DNA from: Octopus vulgaris
Taxonomy: Eukaryota
DNA length: 64,000 bases
Assembly (NCBI GenBank): GCA_951406725.2
Contig: OX597832.1
Span: forward strand, 21,886,001-21,950,000
Direction of reading: 5' to 3'
In this document: piece after piece, positions 51,189 through 64,000 of the stretch
Layout: every line of letters starts with the position of its first letter
How positions within the stretch are numbered: position 1 is the stretch's first letter
Notes under the pieces: generated by a model
The model's database searches: none
Told to the model about the DNA's origin: nothing
The model's input: only the letters and a program-made list of their open reading frames with translations
Position numbers and translations under genes: made by a program

Positions 51189-52093
51189 TATATATATTAC
51201 ACGTGTATTTAAATATATATATACACAAATGTGTGTATTTGTGTATATAAATATAAATACATACACACAAACATATATACATACATATACATACCCAGAC
51301 ATACATTCACGCACACATATACACATACATAAACACCAAATATATTCACATAGATAATAGGTAGAAAATGAGAGAATTGAGTGTGTTTGGCCACAAACAC
51401 ACACGTGTGTGTGTCTACGTGTGTATATATATATATATAGGTAAATAAGTACACAGGTAACAACACATAGATCAGTAGACATAAATAGATGGAAAGATAT
51501 GTAGATAGACATACAGACAGACCGAGAGAGGACAGAGACTGAGTGAGTGCATTTGGGCAAACAAAGGAACAACTATTTCAAGCATGCTCCATTATTCAAA
51601 GAGAGTGACTCATTCCAGGACTACTCCATGTTTTTGAGTTCAATCAATTGGTGTGCTGACCCATGGAATTACTGAGTGAGTGACTGAGTATTGCAAAGAC
51701 ACATGGTCCACCTGATGTAGCCCTCCGGCAGTTTGTATTATGGGCAGCAACAAAATCTAGAAGACTTTCCCCAAAGTTTCTCTTATACTTGGCATAGGTA
51801 TAGGTGTGGATGTGTGGTAAGAAGCCTGCTTACCAACCAGACAGTTCTGTGTTCAGTCCCACTGTATGGAATCTTGGGCAACTGTCTTCTACTACAGCCC
51901 CAAACTGACCAAAGCCTTCAGAGTGGATTTGGTAGAAGGAAACTAGAAGAAGCTTGTCATGTGTGTGTGTGTGCCTTTGAGTCTGTGTTTGTCCCCACCA
52001 TCACTTACACATACACACAGACACACACACACATAGGAGGGTATTCTTTCTATCTCCCAAACCCACTCACAAGGCTTTGGTTGGCCCGAGGTT

Positions 52094-52490
52094 ATATATT
52101 TCTTTACTACTCACAAGATGCTAAACACAGAGGGGGACAAACGGATTAAGTCGATTATATCGACCCCCAGTGCGTAATTGGTACTTAATTTATCGACCCC
52201 GAAAGGATGAAAGGCAAAGTCGACCTTAGCGGAATTTGAACTCATGTAGCGGCAGACGAAATACCTATTTCTTTACTACCCACAAGGGGCTAAACATAGA
52301 GGGGACAAACAAGGACAGACAAAACGGATTAAGTCGATTACATTGACCCCCAGTGCATAACTGGTACTTAATTCATCGACCCCGAAAGGATGAAAGGCAA
52401 AGAATTTGAACTCAGAACTTAATGACAGACGAAATACGGCTAAGCATTTCGCCCGGCGTGCTAACAGTTCTGCCAGCTCACCACCTTCAA
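52094..52490 (-). mobile_element. SINE family B dimer inserted in a SINE-A with 12-bp TSD
   Basis: TGGCCCGAGGTT at 52082-52093 and 52491-52502; two bodies, one head. Confidence 0.88.
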
Positions 52491-52979
52491 TGGCCCGAGG
52501 TTTAGTGAAGACACTTGCCTAAGGACCAAGGGGTTTGAGAAACAAGCTTCTTACCACACAGCCCACACCTGTGCCTATAACTTATACAACTAAGGTTACA
52601 TTGTCCAATGTATCCTGCCTTTTCCATTTTTGTCTTGTGTACTTTGAGGGGGTATTTAGTTGCTATTTCTAGAAGTCCGTGCTGCCATGTAGGTGTACTC
52701 GCTGTCTTTCATCAGCTCCCAGACCTTTGGATTCAGGCATTGAGAGACTCAAAACAAAAGATAATGAATACAAATGTTTATTTACACATCACTGATAAAA
52801 GCCATGAAGATTATAAATAGCATGTGTGTGTATGAGTGTGTGTGTGTGTGTATATGAATGTGTGTGAGTGTGCGTGTGTGTGTGAGAATGTAAGCATTTG
52901 TTAGTGTGAGCTAGTGAGACAGTCTTTTTCTGAATGTCTGCAGTTGTGCACGTGAGTGTGGACATGTGTGTGTGTGTGA

Positions 52980-53570
52980 GTGTGAGGTATGTGAGTATGG
53001 GCATTTGTGAGTATGAGTATTTGTGTGTGTGAGTGTGGGTATTTGTGTGTGTGAGTGTTGGCATTTGTAAGTGTGGGTATTTGTGTGTGTGAGTGTGGGT
53101 ATTTGTGTGTGTGAGTGTTGGCATTTGTAAGTGTGGGTATTTGTGTGTGTGAGTGTGGGTATTTGTGTGTGTGAGTGTGGGTATTTGTGTGTGTGAGTGT
53201 TGGCATTTGTAAGTGTGGGTATTTGTGCGTGTGAGTGTGGGCATTTGTAAGTGTGGGTATTTGTGCGTGTGAGTGTGGGTATTTGTGTGTGTGAGTGTTG
53301 GCATTTGTAAGTGTGGGTATTTGTGCGTGTGAGTGTGGGTATTTGTGTGTGTGAGTGTGGGCATTTGTAAGTGTGGGTATTTGTGAGTGTGAGTGTGGGT
53401 ATTTGTGTGTGTGAGTGTGGGCATTTGTGAGTATGGGTATTTGTGAGTATGGGTATTTGTGTGCGAGTGTGGGTATTTGTGTGTGTGAGTGTGGGCATTT
53501 GTAAGTATGGGTATTTGTATGCGAGTGTGGGCATTTGTGAGTGTGGATATTTGTATGTGTGCGAGTGTGC
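52980..53570 (+). repeat. TG-derived minisatellite with 22- and 16-bp units forming a 60-bp higher-order repeat
   Basis: 53041-53100 is identical to 53101-53160. Confidence 0.92.
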
Positions 53571-53588
53571 ATGCATGGATTTGGATAA

Positions 53589-53629
<41 letters not shown>

Positions 53630-55924
53630 TTAATGAGAGCATGTATTAACAAATGTAAGCATTTATTAATGTGAACTAGAGTAACAGTGGCTTTATTAGT
53701 TTTATTAGTAAGTATGTGTGTGTGTCTGTGTGTAAATACATGAATTTGTGAGTGTAAGCACGAGCACCTGTATGTATGTATGTATGTATGTGTGTGTGTG
53801 TTTATGAGAAAGTGTGTACATTTCTGTACACGTTTGTATGTGTTTCTTCCTCTCTGTTGTTTGCTCAGGACACCAATCTCTGCTGCTTACCATCAATCAG
53901 TCATGCTGTTTGCTTAATATTTAGTACAAATGCTTTAAAAAGTACACAAATATTGATTTAGCATGATCACTCTGCTGTTGTCTGTCTTACATCTTCTTGC
54001 CATATTTATATTTCCCTTGCATTGTTCACTGTTTCATTTTCTCCGTGGCTTTTTAATGTAAATTCATTTGCAAGATAATAAACAGATGAGCTTGTACATG
54101 CGAGTGAGTGTGTAATGTGTATGTGTGTGTGTATGTGTTTAGTTAGGTGTTTAACATCCGTTTTTTCCCATGCTAGCATGAGTTAGATGGAGAGTTACTT
54201 GAAGCTGGATTTTATGGCTGAATGGTCTTCCTGTTGTTTTGCAAGTAAAGGATTCTAATAATGTTCCACCAAGCTATGAAAGTGCAGAGTGATCGGTCAT
54301 AATGTCAACGAGAAATGTCAATGTTTGAACCACTTTGTTTACAAAGTGACAAGCAAAATATCAACATGTGTACATTCGCACACACACACCTAGATAAACA
54401 CACTTCCAGCTAGGCACAAGCAAGCTTGGGAGGTAAGAATTCTGCTTCCCACCTACACGGTTTTTGGTTTAGTTCCTTGAGCAAGTGTCATCTACTATAG
54501 CCTCAGGCCAATCAAAGCCTTATGAGGAGATTTGGTTGATGGAAACTGAAAGAAGCCCAATGTACAACAATTCAGCATAGACACTGATAGAATGAGAACC
54601 AGGTTTAAAAAAGAAAAAAAGTACAAGAGTTGATTTCTTTGAGTAAAATTCTTCAATGGAGGACCCCCAGAATGACTGCAGCAATCTAATGACTGGAAAC
54701 AAAAGTAAAAAATACCAAATTCACTCACAAAGCATTAGTAAAAAAAACAAACAAACAAAAAAAACAGTGTTAGGAGACACTTGCCCAAGGAGTTACTGAG
54801 AATTGAACCTGAAACCACATGGTTGTGATGAAAAACTTAATCACACACTCATGCATGCCCCCTGCCTCTCTCTCTCTCCGTATCATCACCATCATTGTTT
54901 TAATGTCCACTTTTCTAATGCTTTCCTGGGATGATCAGAATTCAGTGAAGAAGTTTTTCTATGGTGGGATGCCTTAGCTGTCATTAACCTTCGTCTATTT
55001 CCAGATAAAATGATATTCCTCGATGGCTTTTATGACAGTGATGACCCATTTATTTCTTAAAGCAATAAGCTCATGCAGTAGATTATTTTTTTGCAGCCTT
55101 CAGACAAGTTGACTTCTACATGGGTAGCCACAGAAGCCTGCACAGTGCATGGAGATAATCCAGTAGTTGTTGACATGATAATAGTATGATGCAAGATTGG
55201 TTTAACTGCAACTGAGAAAACAAGAGTAAACTAAACAACAGATGCAATTTTGCAGTTTGCCAACTTTATTCTTTGAGACTTTCTAAATATAAATTCTCTG
55301 CGAAAGGTGGAGCATTGGCAGAAGCGGTTGCACACCACACAAAACACTTAGCAGCATTTCTTCCAGCGTTACAAACCATGTTCAGATTCAGCTATGTTGA
55401 CTTGGCCTTTCATCCTTGGGGGGGGGGGGGTCATATAAATTAAGTACCCCCTCTGCCAAAATTTCAAGCCTTGCCCCTAGAGTAGAAAGGATTATATAGT
55501 CTCTATAGATATTTTGGGGAATTTGGGATTCCTGCTGCAGCATCATCCTAAAAGACCGTCCTACCTTTCAATTTTCAGATTAGCACCATCTACAGAAGTG
55601 GGCGAAAAAGTAAACACCTGGATTATATATCTCAATTCACCTACTGATATGTACCTTTGACTTGTTTTGGTCAATATCAGACTGTGGCCATGCTGGAGCA
55701 CTGCCTTGAAAAACTTTTAGTCGATGAGTAAAAGAACCCATGCGAAGCTATGTAAAAGCTCTTGTGTGGGGCCATGTGAAAGCACCCGTGCGGTGCCACA
55801 TGAAAGTGCCTCACTAATTTAAATAAACAGCAGTCAAGTGAAGACATGTGACCTAATGGCAAGTGAACTGACCTCATAATCATAAGGCCATGGGTTCAAT
55901 CCCTGGTAGGATGGTGCTGACCTC

Positions 55925-56393
55925 TCTCCTGCTTCTGTAGAGTGGTCAGCATTAGGAAGGGCAACCAGCAGTAGAAAGCATTCACAAATGGGACTGGAGT
56001 CGGGTGCAGCTCTCCATCTCTGGTCAAATCGTCCAACCCATGCCAGCATGGACAATGGATGTTAAATGATGATGATGATTAGTCAACCCCAGTACTTTCT
56101 TTCTAAGCTTGGTACTTATTATATCAGTCTCTTCTGCTGAACCGCTAAGTTACAGGGATGTAAACACACCAGTAACGGTTGTCAGGCGGTGGTGAGGAAC
56201 AAACACACTCAGGTATATACATATATCTATGTGTGCGAGTCACCTCCTAGTTTCCATCAACCAAATCCACTCACAAGGCTTTGGCCGGTCCGAGGCTATT
56301 ATAGTAGCCCAAGGTGCCATGCAGTGGGACTGAACCTGGAACCATGTGGATGGCGAAGAAGCAAGCTTCTTACCACACATCCATACCTGCACC
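55925..56393. mobile_element. Family C tail (+) abutting SINE-A (-)
   Basis: Homology to other copies. Confidence 0.75.
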
Positions 56394-56664
56394 TAAATAT
56401 AAATATATGATTCATATAAATCAGAAAGTATTTTTTAGTGCAAGTAATTAGCGTATCTTGATAACGAGGGTGATAAGAACAATAAAAACAACTTTGGCAC
56501 GGAAATTTTAAACCTAGGACTGAATTAAACTGGTGAAACATTCGCCAAATAATCCGTAATATTTGGTTTATCTTTGGTATGTATTTAAGCGTGTGTTTCT
56601 GTGGATATACGTCTATATACACATGCATGTGCACTTACACATTTACATACATGCCAACATACAT

Positions 56665-56701
<37 letters not shown>

Positions 56702-56716
56702 CATACACACATATGA

Positions 56717-57135
56717 AGGCAGCGAGCTGGCAGAAACGTTAGCACGCCGGGCGAAATGCGTAGTCGTATTTCGTCTGCTGTTACGTTCTGAGTTCAAATT
56801 CAGCCGAGGTCGACTTTGCCTTTCATCCTTTCGGGGGTCAATAAATTAAGTACCAATCACGCACTGGGGTCGATGTAATCGGCTTAGTCCGTTTGTCTGT
56901 CCTTCTTTGTCCCCTCTGTGTTTAGTCCCTTGTGGGTAGTAAAGAAATAGGTATTTCGTCTGCCGTTACGTTCTGAGTTCAAATTCTGCCGAGGTTGACT
57001 TTGCCTTTCATCCTTTAGGGGTCGATTAAATAAGTACCAGTTACGCACTGGTGTCGATGTAATCGGCTTAATCTGTTTGTCTGTCTGTCCTTGTTTGTCC
57101 CCTCTGTGTTTAGCCCCTTGTGGGTAGTAAAGAAA
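56717..57135 (+). mobile_element. SINE family B dimer
   Basis: Head plus body to 56950; second body restarts at GTATTTCGTCTGCC (56951). Confidence 0.88.
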
Positions 57136-57674
57136 TATATACATACACACACATATACACAAATGTATTTATACACACACACACACACACATATATATAT
57201 GCATACATGACTATACATATGCATGTTCACATAAATATACACACACATGATAGATTGTGGATCCGGTAGAGCATCACTCAAATTACACGATACTTGGTAA
57301 CCCCTCTTTAAATTCTGAACAGGTGAGGGTTGAAGACAGGAAGGGCATCCAGCTGTAGAAAATCTACCTCAACAAAACCCATCCAACTCTTGCAAGAACG
57401 GGAAAGTGAAGATTCAAACAATGATTCAGATGATGAGAAGGTTAATGCTGCCAAGAGAGATTGCGCTTGTGTGAGATGTTATGGTGTGGGTTTTCACCAG
57501 GCAAAAACCAGGGTTTTGTATAATCAACTCTGCCCTTAAAAGATAGTATCCCTGAATGGCCTTTTTTTTTCCAATTACTGAGAATGGTAAAAGACTAAAA
57601 GGACCACAAACACAAACATAATTGTTTTATTTACAACTCAAAAGTGTTGCTATCTCCATTCACCCCCCTCCACC

Positions 57675-57922
57675 GTACACACAGATACTTACATATACAC
57701 ATACGTAGATATTCAAACACATCTATACATAAATATATATACACACATATATATCCACACACACACATACATCCATAGACACACACACATATATATAAAT
57801 ATATATATACACACATATATATCCACACACACCATACATCCATAGACACACACACATATATATATATATACATAACATATATATATATACATATATATAT
57901 CCAGACACACAATTGCATGTAC

Positions 57923-57981
<59 letters not shown>

Positions 57982-58158
57982 TACATACATCCCCCATACA
58001 TACACATATATATATACAAACATATATACACCCCACATTCATATACACACACACGCATTTATATCTATAGACATACACACACACATATAAGTACACATTC
58101 ATACACACATACACACATAAATACATTTATACACACACACACATATATGTCCATATAC

Positions 58159-58204
<46 letters not shown>

Positions 58205-58545
58205 GTCATCTCCAAACCAACCTTTTGAAATTTAATGGTATTTACGCCTCTCAGAACGGTGAAATGGCACACTCCCCATTGAAAGACAATTAACTGAAAT
58301 ATCAACGAAGGAGCCATCTTTCCATCTTCCGCTGTCGTTTTTTCTTGTTTTCAGTTCATTCAGGTATCACAAGTTCACAGACAAAAGACTGACAATCTGT
58401 ACTTTCCCAGGCAGTTCCTCGTGACATCACACACACACACATACACACACACACACAGATATAACATACAAAGACACACACATGTATATACATATGCACA
58501 AATACATACACACACCGATACATAAAAACACATACATGTATACAT

Positions 58546-58576
<31 letters not shown>

Positions 58577-59431
58577 CTCACACACACACACATATATATA
58601 TATGCACAGAAACATAAACACACTGATACACACACACATACACAGAGAAACATACATGCACTCATATATATATCTACACATATGCATATATATATACATA
58701 GACACACATACTCATATATATATATACATATACACACAAACATATATATATACATACATACATACACACACACATACATATATACAAATACATACACACA
58801 CACATACACATATATATATATACACATACATACACACACACATACACATATATATATATACACATACATACACTCATTTATATATATATATATATATACA
58901 CACATACATACACTCATATATATATATATATATATACACACATACATACACTCATATATATATATACACACACATACATACATACACTCATATATATATA
59001 TATATATTAAAGAAAATCTTGTCAAAGTTTGTGTTAAATGTCAGATCTATGGAAGCCAGTTTTTGCCTCTTACCATTCAAGATTAGCTATCATATTCACA
59101 CTTGAGCATCTACATGTGTGTGTGTGGGTGTGTTTGAATATAGACACCATACGCACACACACACATACACAAGCACACACCCACACACCTACATACAGAC
59201 ACATATATAAATATGTACCTATACACAATGATATATATATGTGTGTGCATGTGTGTATTTATATAAATCTACATCTATCTATATACCTATCTCCACACAC
59301 ATCACTGACTGTGGAGATATACATACATATTATCAATCATTATGGCAAGGTTCCAACATACATAGAGATATATACATATATATATATATACACACACACA
59401 CTCACACACACACACACACACACATATATAT

Positions 59432-59468
<37 letters not shown>

Positions 59469-59593
59469 CACATATATATATATATATATACATACACACA
59501 TATATATATACATACACATACATATATATACACATACACATACATATATATACACATACACATACATATATATACACACATATATATATATAT

Positions 59594-59642
<49 letters not shown>

Positions 59643-59990
59643 CACATACATATATATATATACATACACATATATATATATATACACATACACATATATA
59701 TATATATATACATACACATATATATATATATACATACACATACACATACATATATATATACATACACATACATATATATATATATACACATACACATACA
59801 TATATATATATATATACATACACATACATATATATATATACATACACATACACATACATATATATATATATTTATATATATATATATATATATATACACA
59901 GACACACACAAACATACACACACACATATATATATATAGATAGCTACACAGAATCACACGTACACACATGTGTGTGTGTATATAATGTAA
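57675..59990. repeat. Large (CA)/(TA)/(TG) compound microsatellite fields with short unique islands
   Basis: Direct inspection. Confidence 0.9.
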
Positions 59991-60124
59991 TACATCTTGT
60001 CTTTTTTTTTTGGAGGGGAGGGGTTGTTCCATTTTGTGATTTGCTTTGTAGTGAGGTAAGTCAAGATAATGGCTATTACCTAACTCACCATTATCTCTAA
60101 AAACGATAGACAGATAATAATAAC

Positions 60125-60169
<45 letters not shown>

Positions 60170-60652
60170 CTTAAATAGAAATATAAAGCAAAATATAAAA
60201 AAATACCAAAAACCAGAAATAAAAACTATTCCCCCCTCCTCTTCCTCGCCACCAAAAAAATACACTAAGATCAAATATCTAACAGAACACATGAAATGAA
60301 GTTGATGTTGATGATGATGATGATGGTGGTGGTGGCGAAGATGGTAGCGGTGGTGATGGGTATGACGAAGATGATGATGATGATTGCACAACTCAAAAAC
60401 AGCACCAGGTGTTCCATTTTCTATCATGGATCATTATCACTGTTTTGTTCCAACCCCACCATTACCATCATAGTTACTGGCTGGACCCAACATAGAGAGA
60501 GGGAGTGAGATAGAGAGAGAGAGATAGCTTATGTATGGCAGCACAGCATGTTAGAAAGAACACCTAACCTTATCCCTCCAAAATCAAACAGGGAAAAATG
60601 TGAAGACTATAGATTGTTTCATTAATCTATACCCTTCACATTTTTCCTATTT

Positions 60653-60708
60653 GTCTCTGATGATGGAACATCCCATACTCTGGGATATCCCAGAAACAGC
60701 TGTAAGAC
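60653..60708 (+). ncRNA. Minimal type-I hammerhead ribozyme, apparently intact (Penelope-like terminal repeat)
   Basis: GTCT-CTGATGA-[12-bp stem II, 2 mismatches]-GAAA-CAGCTG-TA^-AGAC. Confidence 0.75.
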
Positions 60709-60810
60709 TGAATTTTTCCAGTAATAATAACGTATATGACTTGAGATGCTTGTCTTGCATTAATATTTGTTGTCTTCTTGAACAATTATATATATGTATA
60801 TATATATACG

Positions 60811-60937
60811 TGTTTGAAAAAAATAAATAGAAATGGCTTTTCTGATAATTTTTTCCACTTTAATAATTAGATGTTTTATCTAATTACTAATGTGGAAGAA
60901 TTATCAGAAAAGTCATTTCTTTTCCTTTTTTCAAATA
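60811..60937. repeat. AT-rich foldback hairpin (~45-60 bp arms, GTTTT loop)
   Basis: AGAAATGGCTTTTCTGATAATT..TTCCAC pairs with GTGGAA.AATTATCAGAAAAGTCATTTCT; inner TAATTAGAT/ATCTAATTA. Confidence 0.85.
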
Positions 60938-61011
60938 TATGATGCTGTGCCAAGGACTTCTATTTCTTATTCTAACATATATATATATATATATATATAC
61001 ATACTATATAT

Positions 61012-61120
61012 ATCTACCTGATGAAGTCTGTAGAGTATGTCAGCCGAAACATTGTGTCAATAACAAAGATGAGGACAAATATCCGTCAAATGTAAGTAAT
61101 GTACATAATTCCTCATCTCC
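61012..61120 (+). mobile_element. Penelope-like remnant with hammerhead core lacking stem I
   Basis: CTGATGA (61018-61024) A-GTCTG...CAGCC GAAA (61046-61049) CATTGT GTC. Confidence 0.5.
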
Positions 61121-61192
61121 TATATATATATATATATATACACACACAAATATATATATGTATGTATATATTCACACACACATATGCACACT

Positions 61193-61350
61193 CAACAGGC
61201 TTCTTTCAGTTTCCATTGACCAAATTCATTCACAAGGCTTTGGTCGACCCAAGGCTATAGTAGAAGACACTTGACCAAGGTGCCACGCAGTGGGACTGAA
61301 CTTGGAACCATGTGGTTGGGAAACAAACTTCTTACCACACAGCCATGTTC
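61193..61350 (-). mobile_element. SINE family A 5' half
   Basis: Homology to 37870-38030. Confidence 0.85.
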
Positions 61351-61439
61351 GCACTTAAATGAATGAAGAGACAAAAATAAGACACATGGTTGTAGTTTTA
61401 GATAGACCTAAAACGAACAGGATGCGAAAACTGAAAAGT

Positions 61440-61832
61440 AACAAACATGGAAGGACAAAACAATGGACAGCTTCCAGTTCACACGCTTAAGGGCAGTACT
61501 CAACGTCAAATGGCTCCAAAGAATATGAAATGACATGAGATGACAACAAGCATCAACAAGGATCAGAGATGAAATGAGACACATGTTGGCACTGGATCAG
61601 ATCCGTCCTCAGACAAATTGAGAAAGAGATCGCATGGTGGCACTGAAGTGGAAACCTGATCGGAAAAGAGCTGCCTGGCTCCCTAAAACCACATGGCGAA
61701 GAACCATTGGCAAGGAAGAGGAGACATAAAGGGTGGAGAAGCTGGAATGAGACCAGAACAGTGGCAGAAAACAGAGCTAGTTGGAGAGATTGTACCGTGG
61801 TCATATGTGCCTCGTGATATGGAGAGAACTAA
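61440..61832 (+). pseudogene. C-terminal relic of a second RTE-clade LINE
   Basis: DSFQFTRLRAVLNVKW...WHWIRSVLRQ...VALKWKPDRKR..LPKTTWRRTIGKE...GWRSWNETRTVAENRASWRDC..ICAS, with frameshifts. Confidence 0.75.
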
Positions 61833-62368
61833 CTAGAATGAACAGGGTGGTCATGGATGGAGTATCATTTATCATACCCAGTGCCTAAAAAATTAGGTAC
61901 GACAGGTTACAGCACATTGGTTTGCTTGAGACTATATCTCTTGTATCGGAGAAACAACTGAAACCAGGACTTCTTAGATTCTTTTAATGATTTCAGCCGT
62001 TGGCCTGTGGCCATGCTAGAGCACAGCCTCGAAAGATTTCAGTCAACTCTGGTGCTTTTACTAGGCAACTAGGAGCACATTCTCCAAGGTCTCCTTTCTA
62101 GTTTCAAGATATTAGGAGCGGGTGTGTGGCAGGGGTGGGGTGGTAGGGGTGATTTGATGATAAACTGGCTTGCCATTTCTAAGGAAGTCAAGTAACCACA
62201 TAGAGGTTATCTATCTGAGCCATAAGACACATGATTAGCTTGGAGGTGGTAGCAATCCATGAATGATGGAGATGACCTATAAACAAACTGTCTTTTCATA
62301 GATTATTCTACAAGGATCTACCAAGGTTGACTTAGTCTTTCATCCTTTCGGGGTCAATAAATTAAGTA

Positions 62369-62602
62369 CCTATTTCTTTACTACCCACAAGGGGCTAAAC
62401 ACAGAGAAGACAAACAAGGACAGACAAATGGATTTAATCAATTATATCGACTCCAGTGCATAACTGGTACTTATTTAATCGACTCCGAAAGGATGAAAGG
62501 CAAAGTCGACCTCAGCTGAATTTGAACTCAAAACCTAACGGCAGACGAAATATGGCTACACATTTCGCCCAGCGTGCTAACGATTATGCCAGCTCGCCGC
62601 CT
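62369..62602 (-). mobile_element. SINE family B monomer nested in an older plus-strand copy, 11-bp TSD
   Basis: TAAATTAAGTA at 62358-62368 and 62603-62613. Confidence 0.88.
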
Positions 62603-62943
62603 TAAATTAAGTAGCAGTGGTATACTGGGGTTGATCTAATCGACTGGGCTCCTACTGCCAAATTTTGGGCCCTGTGCCTAGAGTAGAAAAGAATATTTTA
62701 CCAGGAGAAACTAATACAATTCAGATGACTGCACAAAGGCTCTCCCATTGCACCAATAAAAGAGATGAGGATGAGGGTAGTGATGGTGGCAATAATAATG
62801 ATGATGATGATGCCAAAAGAGCCGGCGGTGAGAAACAAAGTTTGAAGATAAGAAGCAGAGCAAATCGATACTTTTTATCAGCAGAACTGGTCTATCTTTA
62901 AGAAGTCTGCAGGGATATCTCGGTATCTTTCTGGCTTGTTTTG

Positions 62944-62974
<31 letters not shown>

Positions 62975-63072
62975 GAGAGAGCGAGAGAGAATGGGAGCAG
63001 TGGCTGCAAGCTTTACAGGTTGTAACCTTCAGGTGGTGAGGTGGAGGGTGGGGTGGGGTTAGACTGACCGAT

Positions 63073-63172
63073 ATGATTTTAAGACTGACCAGCCTTGATG
63101 TTAGAACAATGAAGACCAGAATCAATGAGGAAGCTTCTATGAGGTCAAAAGACCTTGCTAGATATAGCAGTA
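63073..63172 (+). pseudogene. Possible N-terminus of an RTE AP-endonuclease
   Basis: LRLTSLDVRTM...SKDLARY resembles IxTWNVRTL...RELARY. Confidence 0.3.
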
Positions 63173-63221
63173 CATTTCCATTTAGATCGCATGCTACTGA
63201 TTCAAAAAGGAAAGGATACTT

Positions 63222-63724
63222 CGGACATGGCTGTGTGGTAAGACGTTCGCTTCCCGATTACTTGGTTCCGGGTTCAGTTCCACTGTGTGGAACCTTGGGC
63301 ACGTGTTTGCTATTATGACCTCAGGCGGATCAAATCCTCGTGAGTGGATTCGGTAAATGGAAACTGAAAGAAGCCTGTTGTATATGTGAGTGAGTGTGTT
63401 TGTCCCCCCCATCATTATTATCTTTGACTTGTTTCAGTCGTTTGACTGTGGCCATGCTGGAGCAGTTCCTTGTAGAATTGTGCTTGGATGAACTGATCCC
63501 ATTTCTCTTTTTCTTTTAAGAGCTAGGAATTTATCCTATTTGCCAAACTGCTAAGTTACAGTAACAAACACACCAACACTGGTTGTCAAGTGGCAGTGGC
63601 AGACATGGTTCCAGGTTCAATCCCACTGCGTGGCACCTTGGGCAACAGTTTTTCTACTATAGCATTGTGGCGACCAAAGCCTTGTAAGTGGATATGGTGG
63701 AAGGAAACTGAAAGAAGCCTATTG

Positions 63725-63759
<35 letters not shown>

Positions 63760-63945
63760 GTGTCCCCCACCATTGCTTGACAACCGATGTTGGTGTGTTT
63801 ATGTCTCCATAACTTAGTGGTTCAGCAAAAGAGACTGATGGAATAAGTACTAGGCTTACAAAGAATAAGTCCTGAGGTCGATTTGCTTGACTAAAAGGCA
63901 GTGCTGTAGCATTGCCACAGTCACATGACTGAAACAAGTAAAAGA

Positions 63946-63947
<2 letters not shown>
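63222..63947. mobile_element. Three SINE-A pieces (+, -, +)
   Basis: Homology to 37870-38281. Confidence 0.85.
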
Positions 63948-63977
<30 letters not shown>

Positions 63978-64000
63978 ATATATATATATATACAATGGGC

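Overview
Eukaryotic, AT-rich, extremely microsatellite- and SINE-dense DNA. The repeat families and texture point to a coleoid cephalopod, probably Octopus; this is inferred, not database-confirmed. Nearly all ORFs in the supplied track are simple-repeat artefacts. The only convincing host-gene sequence is one 85-nt minus-strand internal exon (34622-34706) of a diphosphoinositol-polyphosphate phosphohydrolase (NUDT3/NUDT4, DIPP) gene, so most of the window is probably giant intron. The rest consists of tRNA-derived SINEs (labelled here families A, B and F), 3' ends of RTE-clade LINEs, a DD37D/maT transposase relic, piggyBac-like MITEs, a long-arm foldback element, Penelope-like remnants and minisatellites. 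Highlights: (i) at least five minimal type-I hammerhead ribozyme motifs from about four Penelope-like families, one apparently intact (60653-60708); (ii) young satellites derived from transposon sub-motifs (52-bp and ~75-bp arrays); (iii) a near-perfect local 105-bp inverted duplication and other dsRNA-forming foldbacks; (iv) SINE-B dimers sharing one junction. No prokaryotic system or CRISPR array is present. Repeat boundaries are approximate unless a TSD or splice site is quoted.
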